A stretch of DNA of 56,861 nucleotides, the filler included, from Thelocarpon superellum (lineage: Eukaryota): NCBI GenBank assembly GCA_026025795.1. It is 3 parts of 3 records of this genome, joined end to end, with 100 filler letters (N's around TTAATTAATTAA, not from the genome) between each part and the next. Parts side by side here need not be neighbours in the genome. Positions count along the whole stretch, not along the records: positions 1 to 18,996 come from JAPEUG010000353.1; positions 19,097 to 38,071 come from JAPEUG010000354.1; 1 more part is not named here. One strand, written 5' to 3'. Positions within the stretch are counted from its first letter, which is position 1. Every line of letters starts with the position of its first letter. Positions 12,901 to 25,835 of the stretch are shown piece by piece. The position numbers and the translations under genes were made by a program. The notes beneath the pieces are model-generated. The model made no database searches, was not told the origin of the DNA, and saw only the letters and a list, made by a program, of their open reading frames with translations.

Positions 12901-14087
12901 CGGACGCGAGAGCGCTCAATGAGCGCGCGGGTTGCGTTGTCGATCCTCGCTCCGGCGGCCGACGCGTGTGGTCGGTCGTCCGCACTTGGCAACGGTAAGA
13001 GAGCCTCTGGTCGGTGCGAGGATGCCTGCTGCAATGCCGCTCTGACGGGGGATGCAAGTCGCCGCTTCGGACGATCTGACAGATCACTGCGCGTCCTCGT
13101 CATCCCCTCGGAAGGATCCTCTCGGTCGATGATCGATGAGATGGAACCATCAGTACGTACGAGTACTCGTAGGCGAAGAGAACGAGTGTCCCCGGTGGGC
13201 GAGACCCGAGACCACTAGCCCGGACGCGGCGTCACAGAGCCAGCGACCAGGAGGCACGTCCTCGGGCGCGAGATGGGGACAAGGGACAGGTGCTGGGAGA
13301 GGGCAGCGACCAAAGAACCCGATCCCGGTGGACACCGCCACCACCGTGACGGGTCCTCAGAGGGCCCGTCTAGAGAGGAAAGAGTACTCGCACTGGTATC
13401 GCGTCGTTGCACTAGTAGTGCAACGACGCGAGCGAAAAGCGGCGAGGTGGGCGTGCTCTTAGTGGCCGAAGCGCTCTATCCAAAGCGGCGAGGGGGTGAT
13501 GGCCCATTTCGACTGCAGGGTCCTTGCGCAAAGCAGGTAGCGAGGTCGACCGACGGGGGGGATCCCTCCGCCAACGGGGCAACCCAGGTCCCGGTCAATT
13601 GGACGCGGACGGAGGCCACGAGATAGGCTACGTAGCGACGAGAACGCGCGCGACACCAGCGCCCAATGGATCCACACCGCGCGCTGGCCCCAGCCAGAAG
13701 CCAAAACTGGTTTGGGACCAAGATAGAGGGCCTTTCCCGGCAGACGTGCGACGAGTTGCTCCCGACCAGCTGCGCCGGATGAGCACAAGGCTGAAAGAGC
13801 GGCACTCGCTTGATCCGGGAGGGTCGAATCCGGCTGGAAGCAAGGTGGGACGCGTCGCATGCATGTGTGCGAAGCAGGCCCATCGCCAAGGTCAATTATG
13901 TGATTAAGATAGTAACGGTCTATAGGGTCTCTAAATCGAATGGTGCGGAAGCCAATCACAAAATGTGCTGCGTAGACGTATTCCAGGAGAAGCCCCGAAA
14001 TGTCCGCATGCCCATCTCCATCCCCCCCCCCAGACGCCAAATTGTAAAGGTCGATGGTAAGAGAGGCGGTCAAGTAGTAGGGGAAGA

Positions 14088-15541
14088 TCAGGAGGGTGTC
14101 GAGGAGTACCCATCGCGGGTGTTGGTCTGCTGCCAGATCTGCACCTTATCCACAATCATCTCGCCATTTTCGGCCCAGGTCGGCTGCCACTGGGCCCGGG
14201 CATCCCAAAAGTCCTTGGGGGCCGTCGGGCTGGCGTCCACCCACGGCTTCCCGCTGACGCCGTCCTGGAACCAGCCATTGGTGCCGCCGACGGCGACGTT
14301 CAGGATGAGATAAAACTCCTGGTCAAAGGGCGTCTGGTCGCGGCCCGTCTGGCTCCAGGGGTCGATGAGACGGGTGCCGTTGCTGTCGTCGAGCGGGAAC
14401 TGCCCGCGCTGCCAGAGCGGTTGGTTGAAGGTGGTGTAGAGCACCTGGAACAGACGGGTGTCGACGTAGGTGAAGAGGTACTTCTCGCTCCACTCGAGGC
14501 CAAAGGTGTGAAAGGCGTCGGAGTAGGTGGAGTGCAGGGCCTCGCGCTTGACGTTGGTGCGCCACCAGGCATCGTTGGCGGTATTGGGACCCCAGTGCAG
14601 CGCGCTGCTGACGATGTTGTTCCCGCCTTGGGCGTATGTGTAGTTGTTGCCGCGCGATTCGATGATATCGATCTCGCCCGACAGGGGCCACGGCCCGTAG
14701 GTGTCGTTAACGGGCATCATCCAGATAGCCGGCCACAACCAGTCGCCGGCCGGCAGCTTGGCGGTGACCTCGATCCGGCCGTACTTGATCGTCGCACCCT
14801 TCTTGGTGTTGATCCGGGCGGATTTGACGGGGTTGATGATGGTGCCGTTGGTGGTATTGGTGACGGCGTAGCAGTCGGACCATACCTTGGAGGTGCATTG
14901 CTTCGTCGCCGTGAGGTTGAGCACGTTGTTCTTTTCGATCAACGACGCATCCTGCAGGGTCGGCTTGATGTGGAGCTGGCCCCCGTCGATGAACGCGTTC
15001 TCGTTGGTGTTGGTCGTGTATTCAAACTGGCCATTACTGCGGACGGGTCAGTCCGGGCTCAGTCAGGAGGGACGGAAGTCATCACGTACCCATATCCTCC
15101 GACCTCCACCTCTTTGGTCCAGATCTTGGGGTCCAAGCCGCCGCTAAAGTCCTCGTCCAAGATCAAGTCATAGGTGTTATTCACCACCGTTTGCAGGCCG
15201 TCGTAGACCAAGAAGCCCGCCAGCAGGAAGCCGATGCCCAGCCCGATCAAGGGGATGATGGTGACCCATTTCTCTTTGGGATCTTTCCGATTGAGCCAGG
15301 GCTTCTGAACCTCCCCTTTGCGCACGCGACGAGAGCGAAAGTAGGTCGAGCCGCCACCACCGGCGGCCGCCCCGGAAGAGTCGCCCATGGTGGACTGGGG
15401 CCGTGAGTAATTGACACCATGGAGATAGTTCAACGGCGGCGTGGGTGAGATATGGTCATCGCTGAAGATCTCCCCCTCAAAGGTCGGGGTGGCCGGTCGT
15501 TGAGGCGTGGCCGTGGCCGTGGTCGTATGTGAGTAGACCAT
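14088..15541 (-). CDS. Glycoside hydrolase family 16 (beta-glucanase/beta-glucan-binding-protein-like), type II membrane anchored; 2 exons (15541-15090, 15036-14088)
   Basis: GDWLWPAIWMMP, catalytic SGEIDIIESRGN (ExDxxE) and PFDQEFYLILNVAVGG. Single N-terminal TM (WVTIIPLIGLGIGFLLAGFLVY). The intron restores GGYG|NGQFE. Confidence 0.92.
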
Positions 15542-18500
15542 CGTGACGGCTGGACGGACAAGGCGAGACCCGGACCCTGAAGCGGGAGGCAAGCAACCCT
15601 CACCAGATTTACCAGAGGTCCACGGACAGAGACGTCAAAGCTTTCGTCAAGGCAAAAGATGGATGATCGCAGCGGATGAGTCTACAGGACGCTGACGGTA
15701 AGTGAGAATATTCACGGGTGGGACGGAGGGTGTTTTGAGACGAGAGCAGGTCGGGAATAAGTCGCGAGGCTAGAACAGGAAAGGGTCCGGGCAGAGTGAG
15801 CCGGGGGGTCAGCACGCTCGATGGAGCGAGAGGGTCGGAAGCCAGGCGGCAGAATTGGCTGTGGGTCTCGGCGTACAAGTCGGTACCCCAACGCGGACGA
15901 GTACGATGATGGGAGGGGGGAGGGGGGGGTGGGACAGCGAGGATCCTACGCAAGACCACGCAGAATGGGGTACCGGTTGTGCCGGGGATCGCACGGCAGA
16001 CCTACGAGGACAAGACGAGCACACGTCCAAAGTACCAAATGACTATGGGCGGGGCACGCTGGGCGCCGCACGTCTAGACCAGAGTAAGGCAGTCCATGGA
16101 GACGGAAATCTCCACCAGCGCAGCGCGTTGCAGGGTTGGAAGCGTTGCCGTGCGTGGTGGCGGCGGTTGGCCTGGTGGCCGAGGCTCTCAAAGCAGCGAA
16201 AGGAGGTGAAGCCCCAAGGCAACGGATCGTGTCTGGGTGGGCTGGGCAAGGCTCGGGCCTCACTGCGCGGTCGACCCCCTTCGGGTTGCGCGCGCTCAGT
16301 GTCCTATCGAGCACGCCAGTCAGTGCGGCCGGTCGAGCTGGCGGCGTGGGATGGCTCGTGGTGGAAGGCAGCGCCAGTAGCAGAGGACGTGGTAAAGGCA
16401 GCGTCGTCGGGAGGTGCGCCGCTTTTGCGGAGGCTCTTGGCTTCCAGCGGTGCTCGGCCCCTGACGATCAACCTGGACTAGTGGACGCTAGTCATGCTGG
16501 CTGGCTCGCTCCCTTGGCGGCAAGGATGCTGCCATGCTGTCCGGCCGTAGGCGAACTACCCTGGTCTAGCACAGGCCCACCGTCGAGCTCATGGCTCAAG
16601 GTCGCAGTCTGACCAATGCCGTCGGCAGGGTTACATAAGGCGCGATCCGGAACGGTGTCCGGACATCCAAACACCACTTCCGCTCAACGGCGACGCAGAT
16701 GAAGCACAAATTGCGGTAGCAGCGCTCGACGATGCAGAGGGCTTCTCAGCTGCGCGGGCGCGAGATGTACACGCGGGCATCACGGGGCGGACGGCGACGC
16801 CTGTCACATGCAAGAAGCCGGAGACTACAGACGGGTGTCACCGAAGAGGACCAAAATAGATCGAACGAATATCATTCGATCACAAAAGGCCCGGGAATCT
16901 CGCCACCTCACCTTCTGCAGCGTTGCGCAAGCTGCACGTCTCGACCCACTTCTTTCCCATCGTGCGGACGCGTCGGTCGGCGGAGGGACGATCTGCAATC
17001 CCGAGGCCAGTGAGAGATGCACCGGGGCTGATGGGTCCCACAAGAAATCGTCGCCGGGGGCCAATGAATCGATCCGGGATCTTCGAGATGACGCCGGGGA
17101 CCAGGCTGGATGCGCCGACGGGCCGTAGTGCGACCAGCATTCGGATACAGCGGTGACCGTGGACGGGACCATTGGGTGTTTCGAGAGGACGATTTGTTCA
17201 ATCACGCCCCGAAATGTCTCACCGCGGACGGATTGGGACATGCTGGCCAGCCAAGCCAGGCAGGGGAGCCGTGATGGGCCTAGTCGACTGCCTTTCGTAG
17301 CGACGCTGTCCAGCGTGGAAACGAGGGGCGCTTCGTAGCGTGGCGATCAGGTCCAAGGAAGTCAGGGAATTATCCTGGATTGATGGTGGGAAGAGTGGGT
17401 CCAGCACAAGAAGAGTGACCGAGACTTGTCAGCGACGACAGACGCAAGCGGTGCTGCGCAAGTTTGGTAGGGAGTAGAGTACTTCGTACTTCTGTCGCGT
17501 ACCCTGGTCCGTCACCACAGCCTCCAGCCTCGCGATGAGACGTCTCCGAGCGACAGGCCAGCCGAGCATCGATAGCGCCTGGCAACGAAGTGCTCGCGTC
17601 GAACCAGCACGAGTATTATTGGGCGAGATCCTTGCACCTCGCACCCTATCGCCGTGCAGGTATGGAGTGCTGCAGACGCCTTCGCTGCAAGAGACCATCC
17701 ACCGGTACGAGCATGAACAGACGAGTACTCGTTCTCGTCCGACTCGTCCGAGCCAAACGTGCCTTATGCGCACACCTCGTGTGGCCTGATCCCGGCCTCA
17801 GTGCTCGAAACCTGCCGCTGTCCCAACAGAACCTGCATCCGACCAGAGCCCTGCTGCACTTGCACGATGCAGCATCCGCATGTATGTCTCAGTCCACGGC
17901 CACTGCAGCAACACTTCAGAGCCTCTACGGCATGCACTGTGCCATGCATTGCAGTCGACGCATCCCACGTCTCCTTTCAACACGGCGATGCCGGAAGTCT
18001 GGTCCGTGGCGAGGTGCGCGGGCAAGGTGGCGTACCGGAATAGAAGAGGCTGGTTCCGATATATGTCCTTGGCGATAAAGTGGGTCAGTACACGTGGTGA
18101 TGGTATTGCCATTGGTGCCATTGGCGGGCTGCTTGACTCCGTGATCTCCGTTTCTCCGATGCCAGGTGGGTACAGATCAGGCTCAGCTCCTCAGTAGTGC
18201 TGATGTATCCTCGTAAAAATTCTACCCAGAAAAGGCCATCTGCCAGAAATAAGTACGGGGGAATTTGACATGTCCAACTTACGAGCGCGCGCCTATGGAG
18301 CTGAATTAATGAAATATATAATAGAAAGATCGGAGTGATCAATTCCCAAAAGCGAAGCGAATGTATTGAGTTCGATGCATGCCTGAATGTCTCGACCGTA
18401 ACGGCGTAATCACAAATAATGGATCAACCCAAGTCGCGAACTACGTTGCACGTGTCGCAGCATGTTGGTAGATATTGGGACACACCTCAGAATACGTCTC

Positions 18501-18722
18501 GAGATCTTACTACATGCCCCATGGGCAGCAAGTCCACGTCCGTAGAGATCTGATCGCGCGATGTCAGTGCGGAGACGATCGACAATGTGATCGGTAGACT
18601 GACGTAAATCATGTAATCGGCAATCGCCGAGACGGATCAAACCTGACCCCGGGCAGAACGACAACCCTAACGACCAACGCCGGTGGACCTTCCACATTGT
18701 GGAGACCATCAGCAAAGCCAAG

Positions 18723-18996
18723 ATGGGCAGCCAGAGCCGTGAGAAATACGAACGCCTTCAGGCCGAAGACGAAGAGCCCCTACGAAAGTCATTGGATGAT
18801 GCCTACGACTCCGCCTCCGATGAAGATCTCAACCTCGGTGAGCTCGATCCACTGCACGGCCAGGGTCAGAGATTAGTGGCCGACGATGGCCGACGACATG
18901 TCTCTGGGAGCTCGAGCGCGCATGCCTACAACTCGGGCAAATCGTCGTACAGGTCTTCATTGCTTCGAGCGACGGGCTGCTTCGCCCGGTGTGGCA
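18723..18996 (+). CDS. 5' fragment of an unidentified gene, truncated at the contig end
   Basis: ATG in AAGATGG context opens MGSQSREKYERLQAEDEEPL..., which stays open up to the N gap. Confidence 0.45.
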
Positions 18997-19096
18997 NNNN
19001 NNNNNNNNNNNNNNNNNNNNNNNNNNNNNNNNNNNNNNNNTTAATTAATTAANNNNNNNNNNNNNNNNNNNNNNNNNNNNNNNNNNNNNNNNNNNN
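18997..19096. other. Artificial contig linker (44 N + TTAATTAATTAA + 44 N)
   Basis: Exactly 100 nt with a six-frame-stop spacer, identical to 38072-38171. Confidence 0.97.
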
Positions 19097-19809
19097 GCTA
19101 CGGGGACCGCAATTCCTTCGAGCGGCGGCCAGCCGTCAACAACCAGGGCTACCCGCCGCCACAGGCCCCGCCGTCGCACAACGCCTACAACTACCCTGCC
19201 ATCGACGGCTCCTATCTCGGCGGGCCGCAGCCGGCACCGTCGGTGTCGACCGCCTACGGCGTGCCCGCGCCAGCACCGACACCGGCAACGGTGCAACCCT
19301 ACTACGCGCAGAACAACGTGCCCCACCTCCAGCCCAAGTCGGAGGAGTACGGTCCGTACGGCAACGCCGGCCCGTATCCCTCGGGATTCGAATCGCTCCA
19401 CGGTCACATCGGGCAGGTTCCCGCGGTGGCGGGCGACCGGGCGGCCTCGCAGCTGCAGCCGATGAACTACATGCAGCCGCAGGCGCAGGCGCAGGCGCAG
19501 CTGCGTGCGCGACCCGGCAACATGCCCGAATCACCGACCCTTGTGGAGGCGAAGAATGCATCGGACGGGTATCACCGTGGCTACTATCCGGGACCATCAC
19601 GCCCGGAGACGGCGACGGGCACGTACGCGCAGGGTGAAGCACCGCGGTGGACGCCGCCCACGACTGCGGCACGCCCGGAAAATGTGCCTGCCTACCCGCA
19701 GGCCGCGGGGAAGGCCGGGTACTGGCCCATGGCCGGTCACGTCGGCAACGGACATGGCCACTACCCAAGCCCGTCTTCGACGCCTCGCTGGAGCAATCCA
19801 TCGGTCTAG
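19097..19809 (+). CDS. 3' fragment of a Pro/Gln/Tyr-rich protein (possibly a transcription-factor tail)
   Basis: Open frame from the contig start (YGDRNSFERRPAVNNQGYPPPQ...) to TAG at 19809. Low-complexity composition with GC3-biased codons. Confidence 0.55.
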
Positions 19810-20866
19810 CGTGCTCGAGCCCATTTCCTTGCTGGACTCGACCCCACGCCGCGCCTCCACGCCTCCCTTCTCTCTCCGCCGTGACGGTCTCTGGTCATGA
19901 CCTCGGTCGCATCTAGAACCATGAGCGAGCGACGAGCGATCTCCCTACATACCCTCCGGATTGGATACGTTCACTATAAATAATTACCTGGGGAGCTAAC
20001 TGGATGAGCCGACAGTCTCTCGGTGCACCGACCGAGGTGGTGGATGAGACGTCAGCGTGATGACCGCACGACCACACACGGCAGATGGGGGCGCGAAGAT
20101 TGATGAATGCATCTGGCTAGACGATACCCGTTGCTTGCGCGTCTCGGGGCTGCTGGGGCCGCAGTGCACCGCCGGGCCGCGGGAGTGCCAGGCGATATCC
20201 ATGGTCTGTTCAAGCATGACAGCGTGTCGGTTTTGTTGCTTCATTTACCGCACTTTGCTTAGAAGGAGGGTCGATGATATTAGTACATGCTTTCGGAGGT
20301 TGACGTTGGGGGGATGTGGCGCCGCCAGCAGTGAAGGTGGACCTGGAGGATTCTTGTGATAACTTTGGTGTATTGCTTGCATTGACTGGGCGTAGGTAAG
20401 ATAATTACGTGCTCGCGAGAATGAACGAGGTCAGCTACCTAGCCTATATCAATCGAGAGGGTCATGGTCTTTCGTAGAGTCCATCGTGTGAGACATTGAG
20501 TAGTGAGAGGGGGAGGGACGTCTTGAAAGTGACACGAACCGCGTGTGACGAGTTGTGAGTGGTGAGTGACGCAATGCTGAGGCAGACACCGGACGTTGGT
20601 CACCAAAACCATGTTGGTCGGCGCTCGGCTGTTGCCGTCCGACCTCGACCAGGGTCAGGCAAACGTCGTGTCTCTGCCGGGGTTGTGGGCATGGTACACG
20701 TGAGCTACCAGTCATGATCAATCCCAAACAGCCAATGGTGAACATGTCCAAGGTCCAAGTCTTACCAGTGCAATGCATGCAACGGTAGATTAAATCCAGC
20801 TCCATGTCTGCCCGGTGCAAGGCATGCCACGGTAAGATCGCTTGAGGGTCAAGTCTAGCGGGTGCA

Positions 20867-22642
20867 ATGGCAATGACGATGGGAAGGAGCGCACTTCGAT
20901 GCACGAGATGGGTCTCGAGCCATCCAACGCCGTGGACGTGCTCGGCACAGATGCGGCTGCTCGTCTGTCCCAGCTCTCCCGGATATCTAGCTCGTTCCTC
21001 CACCCTCTACCATATCCCGTTGAAGACAGCCGCAGGTGGAGAGCATAGCGGGGTGTCGAGATGGCGACTGCGTCAGGGTGATGTAGCCCAAACAACGCCA
21101 TGGCACTGGTGTCAGGGATCGAAAGCGTCGCTTCATACCTTGACGAGGCAAACACGACTTCGCTCGGTGCTACCGTCATCTCTCAACTCGGCCCAGCAAT
21201 GGCAGAATGGGTACGTGTTGGCTTTCTTACCCGTGCCCTCTGGAGCCGTGGAGATGCTGACCACGCTTTCTGCCTAGGGTGCGCGTGCGGCCCTGCCAGA
21301 TCCGATGGATTGCGTCTGATGGACCTGAGGACCATAATGTGAAGACTAGGTGGGTCCTTTGAAGCCTTCGAGCTTCGCATCTCATTTCTTCATTACATCC
21401 ATCGTGGAGCTATCTTTCTGGCGAACGAGCTCATCCTGCGGCGGACATGCTATATCCACCATGAAATCTGTTCGTGATGCATGCACCAAGCTCTCCCTGC
21501 CACTCAACTCCAGTCCTATTTGAAGCGGGGGGAAAGTAACAAGTATAGCACCCCCGAGATCAGGCCACGGAAGAAACGACGTCTTTCCCTCCGCATCACG
21601 CCGCATGAAAATATCTACACAATTCCCAACATCCTGACCATATCACGACTCGTGGCAGCGCCAATCATCGGGTATCTTGTCCTCCACGACCAGCACGCCT
21701 GGGCCTTGGGACTGTTCGCCTACGCCGGACTCACCGATCTCGTCGATGGATACATCGCACGACGATGGAAGCTACAGACGGTGGTAGGGACGGTGATTGA
21801 TCCGATGGCGGACAAGATTTTGATGACGGCCTTGACTATATGTTTAGCCATCAAGGGCACATTACCCGGTATGTGACAAGGACGAGCAGGCCTCTTCAAT
21901 CGATGTTCAGACTGAGGCTAAGCATACCGGCCAGTCTGGCTCGCCACCATCATTCTAGGACGTGACGTCGCGTTGGGCATCGCCGCCATCTACTACCGCT
22001 GGATCTCGCTGCCGCCACCGAAGACCTTTTCGCGGTACTGGGACTTTTCCCTGCCGAGCGCTGAAGTCCACCCTACGCTGGTGTCGAAGGTGAGGCTTGT
22101 CGCTGCTCTGCCTCGTTTGACCACTTAACCAGCGTCGATGGCGTGGCACGTCGTCTTCCTCTTCAGAGTCGAGCCGTCGCGCCAATCAGACCCGCTAACG
22201 AATGATGGATGGATGCTACGATGCTGCAGGCCAATACAGCGCTTCAACTTCTCTTGATAGGGGCATGTACTGCACAACCTCTGATCACGGCCGACATCTC
22301 ATCAGCGATGACGACGATGCAGTAAGCCCCCTCTTCTTTCCTACCACCACACTCTCCCTCCGTCAATACTTGTTCCCCGCCCTCCTCGTCCTCATCAATA
22401 CGCAGATCTGCATGACGGAATTTGCAACGTCGCATCTCGATGCTAAGGAAGTGACTGGGCGCAGATACGTCGTAGCGACGACCACGATCTGGAGCGGCGC
22501 AAGCTACGTCTACAATAAAGACGCTGTCAAGATCCTGACGGACAAGGAGCGCGAGCTGAGGAGCGGAACAGGCAAGAAGCCGGACGGAGACGGGTGGTCC
22601 AAAACCGGGGCGAAGGAAGAGATGCATGATGAGAAGGAGTAG
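20867..22642 (+). CDS. CRD1: Cardiolipin synthase (CDP-alcohol phosphatidyltransferase); multi-exon, 5' exons tentative
   Basis: ENIYTIPNILTISRL, the CDP-OH motif DLVDGYIARRW...GTVIDPMADK, GRDVALG...YYRWISLPPPKTFSRYWDF and VVATTTIWSGASY. Arg/Ser-rich presequence-like N-terminus. Confidence 0.88.
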
Positions 22643-22918
22643 TCAAGTGTCGGATGATGATCGCGTTCTACCTCGATGTCAAAGAAGGAAGGAGGGAAGA
22701 AAGTGCTGGATTAATCGAACCATTCGTTAGACCATACAAGCGGTGATGTATGTGACTTCTTCACAACCCCGTGTTCCACTTCACTCGACCCTGTTCCACC
22801 CGTGCATGCTGATTCTCGAGCATTCGCAACGCGTGTCCAAGAGTCAGGCACCTCCTCCTCCGCTCCACGGACACTTTCTTCTACCCGACTATCATTGCCC
22901 CCTTCCCCCCCTGCTCCC

Positions 22919-23912
22919 CTAATCCGTTCGGCTTTTCTTCGTCTTCTTCTGGAACATCTCGGTCGGTGGTTTCCGGTAGGTGAGCCCAATACGATCCCAC
23001 ATCGTAGTGAACTGGCCGTAATTCCACTCGAATTTCTCATGGTGCACGGCGTGGCATGCGGCACCGTTGATCACGGGGGAATTGGCAATGTATTCGCCGT
23101 CGTCTTATGGCACAGGTCACACGTCAGCGGATTCAGGGAGCGGCAGGAAGGGGATCATCTTACGAATCATCACGGTCCAGACATTAATGAAGATGAAGAG
23201 CGCAATGTAGGCGAATTTCTGGAGCGGGAACAGGAACGGAAAGAGGTGGTACGGGAGGCCTTGGGAGTAGCCGTCGATGGGATGGAAGGCGTGGCTGGCG
23301 TAGGGCGTCGGCATGATCCATTTGTGATGGGGCTTGTGGATCGTCTTGTAGACCGTGGGGTGATGCAATCCGCGGTGGATCCAGTAGATGCAGAAGTCGG
23401 TGAAGATCAGGAAGATGGGGAACTGTAGGATGTCGTACCATCGCCCGGGCCCGTCGGCCGTCGCGTCGTACAGCTTCGAGTAGCCGCGCACCTCGATGAA
23501 GAAGATGGGCGCCGTGAGCACGGCCATGATCGGTAGCGACACCATGGTCTGCCTGATTTCTTGGCGTATCTGGTTCTTGAGATACCTGGGATGGTTGAAG
23601 GTGTTTTTGTCAAAGACAAAGACGAAGGAGAGGGAGGCGACGGTGAAGTAGATGACCAGCCCGAAGAGCCTGCAGTCCACGTCAGTCTCCCATTGCTTCA
23701 TCGTCAGCAGGCCTCGTTACCAGGTGATGAGGAACAGGCTGACGAGCTGTCGGTAGGGATTGTCTCGCGGCCACACGCTCCGATATGCCCAGACCGATGG
23801 CGGCAGCTGGTAGAATTGTGTGGCCGGACGATATTCGTAATTGGTCGGCGACTCGCGCATACTCGACAAGGTGACATTGGCCACGGTCGATGCGGTCTTG
23901 GCCGATGCCCAT

Positions 23913-23950
<38 letters not shown>

Positions 23951-24013
23951 AATTAGGGCGGCGTACAGCCGGTCAAAGGCAAAGGTATCGAACAATTCCA
24001 AGACGATATCCAT
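22919..24013 (-). CDS. ERG3: Sterol C-5 desaturase; 3 exons (24013-23721, 23669-23164, 23103-22919)
   Basis: MDIVLELFDTF start. His boxes HRGLH, HKPHH and HAVHH. SHAFHPIDG and NYGQFTTMWDR. Confidence 0.96.
23913..23948. repeat. (GACGCC)6 coding microsatellite giving (AS)6 in Erg3
   Basis: Six perfect hexamer copies seen directly. Confidence 0.9.
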
Positions 24014-24243
24014 CGCGGCGGCACGCTCCTTCGTTGATTGGGAACGCGAGACACGGCGGTCAAGGGAGGGTTGGGATCATCGGATTCTCGCAGGGAGACG
24101 ACGCACTCGGCGACCGCAAAAACCGCCGGACAACCCAAGAAGACGCGACGACAAACATGAAAAAAGGGACGCAATGTTGTGGCCGGGAGGATGCATCTAC
24201 ATATAATAAGTCCTCTCATCCGCGAAGCGAACCATCCTGTCGC

Positions 24244-24300
24244 TCGGCATCAGGAGATCCCGACCGCGCTACAGAGTCTACCCACCGAAGATCCCGTGAT
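24244..24300. promoter_or_regulatory. Candidate AtrR-type site (TCGG-N12-CCGA, 24244-24263) plus SREBP-like site (ATCACGGGAT on - strand, 24291-24300) in the ERG3 promoter
   Basis: tcggcatcaggagatcccga and atcccgtgat lie 230-290 nt upstream of the ERG3 ATG, just beyond an AT-rich TATA-like tract at ~24200. Confidence 0.45.
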
Positions 24301-25835
24301 GGCCCATGATTGGAGAATTCAGCACAGGTAGTGCCACGCAGAACCACGAGTGGGTGGCAGTGGGTGGCAGTCCACCGTAGTTAGCATGCACATGCCTGTA
24401 CTTAACTTAGCCTGACATTCGCAATCAGGTACGGAGTACAGGCCCGCACCACCCTCCCTCTCAATGTCCGTCCGCCTTTTTCGCACCCGGCAAGTGCCGT
24501 GTGATGCATCGATTCGAGTCCTGTCGACACCTCTCGAAAAGACCTCATATGGCTGTGATGCTTCAATTATCCGCGCCGGACATGGAAGTCCCCCACCTTC
24601 ATATAGCCGATTGAGACCACTCATCTGTGCGTGACCGAGTCAGAGTGGCATGTCTTATACTTTCAGCGCTGCACGGTGCGGAGGAGCGCACACCCTTACC
24701 GCCCATCCAATCACCTGAAACCTACCGGGATCCCGCTTCTACGCCGCTCCCCTAACCCTGACGCCCTTTTTCTATGGTGCACTCATCCCCGGCCATGCCC
24801 CGACCGCTCGACGTTTCCGTCCGTTGCGACCGCCACCGCTAACCGCACGTACTTCGACCCAAGTACGACACCGACATTCAGCTCGCCGTCGCCTGAGATG
24901 CTAGTTAGCCGGGCCGGCTGGAACCTGGTGCTAGAGGCGCCGGGCCTCCCCCAACCGCAAGTGAGTCGCTACTCGAGGACGTGGAGAAGATTTGCAGGCA
25001 GAAGGGTTGCGTCTGGCAAGGCTGCGTGCCACGGCGCCCGCGCGACGTTGTAGTTCACCCTCAGCACCTGCGTCCTTCAAGCTGGTCATGGCCAGATGAG
25101 ATGCATGCTCTCGTGGCACCGGCGCAGATTGCGACCACGTCTCGTCTAGATCGCTCCTGTGCTAGAGATTCCGTCCGTGTACCTGTAGTAGTCTCCCCCA
25201 GATCGCGCCGGGCCTCGCCTGACGCGCCCCCGTAGTCCCTTGTACTCCCCGTACGAGCCATCTGCCGCGATTTGGTGGCGTTGAGCTGCGAGGCAACGAG
25301 GTTCTGCGTGCCATCGGCCCTACCGCTTTGGCTTCGCTGGCGCTCCCGTCTGCACTGTCTGACCGTCTGCCCACCGCTTCCACCGACACTAAATCTTCCG
25401 CCTCCACTTCTGTCCTCACCCTCAATACTCGCCAACCTCCCCATCGATTCTTTCCTCCACCCCCACGGCGCCCTCGTCGTTCCGCGTTCGCCGTCCATCG
25501 CACCACCATCCGATTCGCGCCGTCCCTCTCGTTGCCCGAGTCGTGCTCGCATCGGGTCCGGGCCTGCAAGGGTCTCGTGGGGCTCTCAACCGGGCTCACT
25601 CCGTCCCTCGCCCAATCGGCGCACCGCCGACAACCGCGCCTCGGTGCTCAAGCTTCCGCGCAACATCATCCCCTTCCTAGCGTCCGATCGAGTGATTCCC
25701 AGGCTGCGCCAACCTGCCTCGCGATAGTCGCAACGTGCCTGAGCGAGCGTCTTCATCGGCGGCGGCACGTCCCTCGATTGTCCTCTGGAGCGCGCATTCG
25801 CCTCTCCACGCAACGACCACCGCCTTCCCGCCAAC

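Noticed and set aside
19041..19052. TTAATTAATTAA palindrome
   Set aside because: Synthetic assembly spacer, not genomic sequence.
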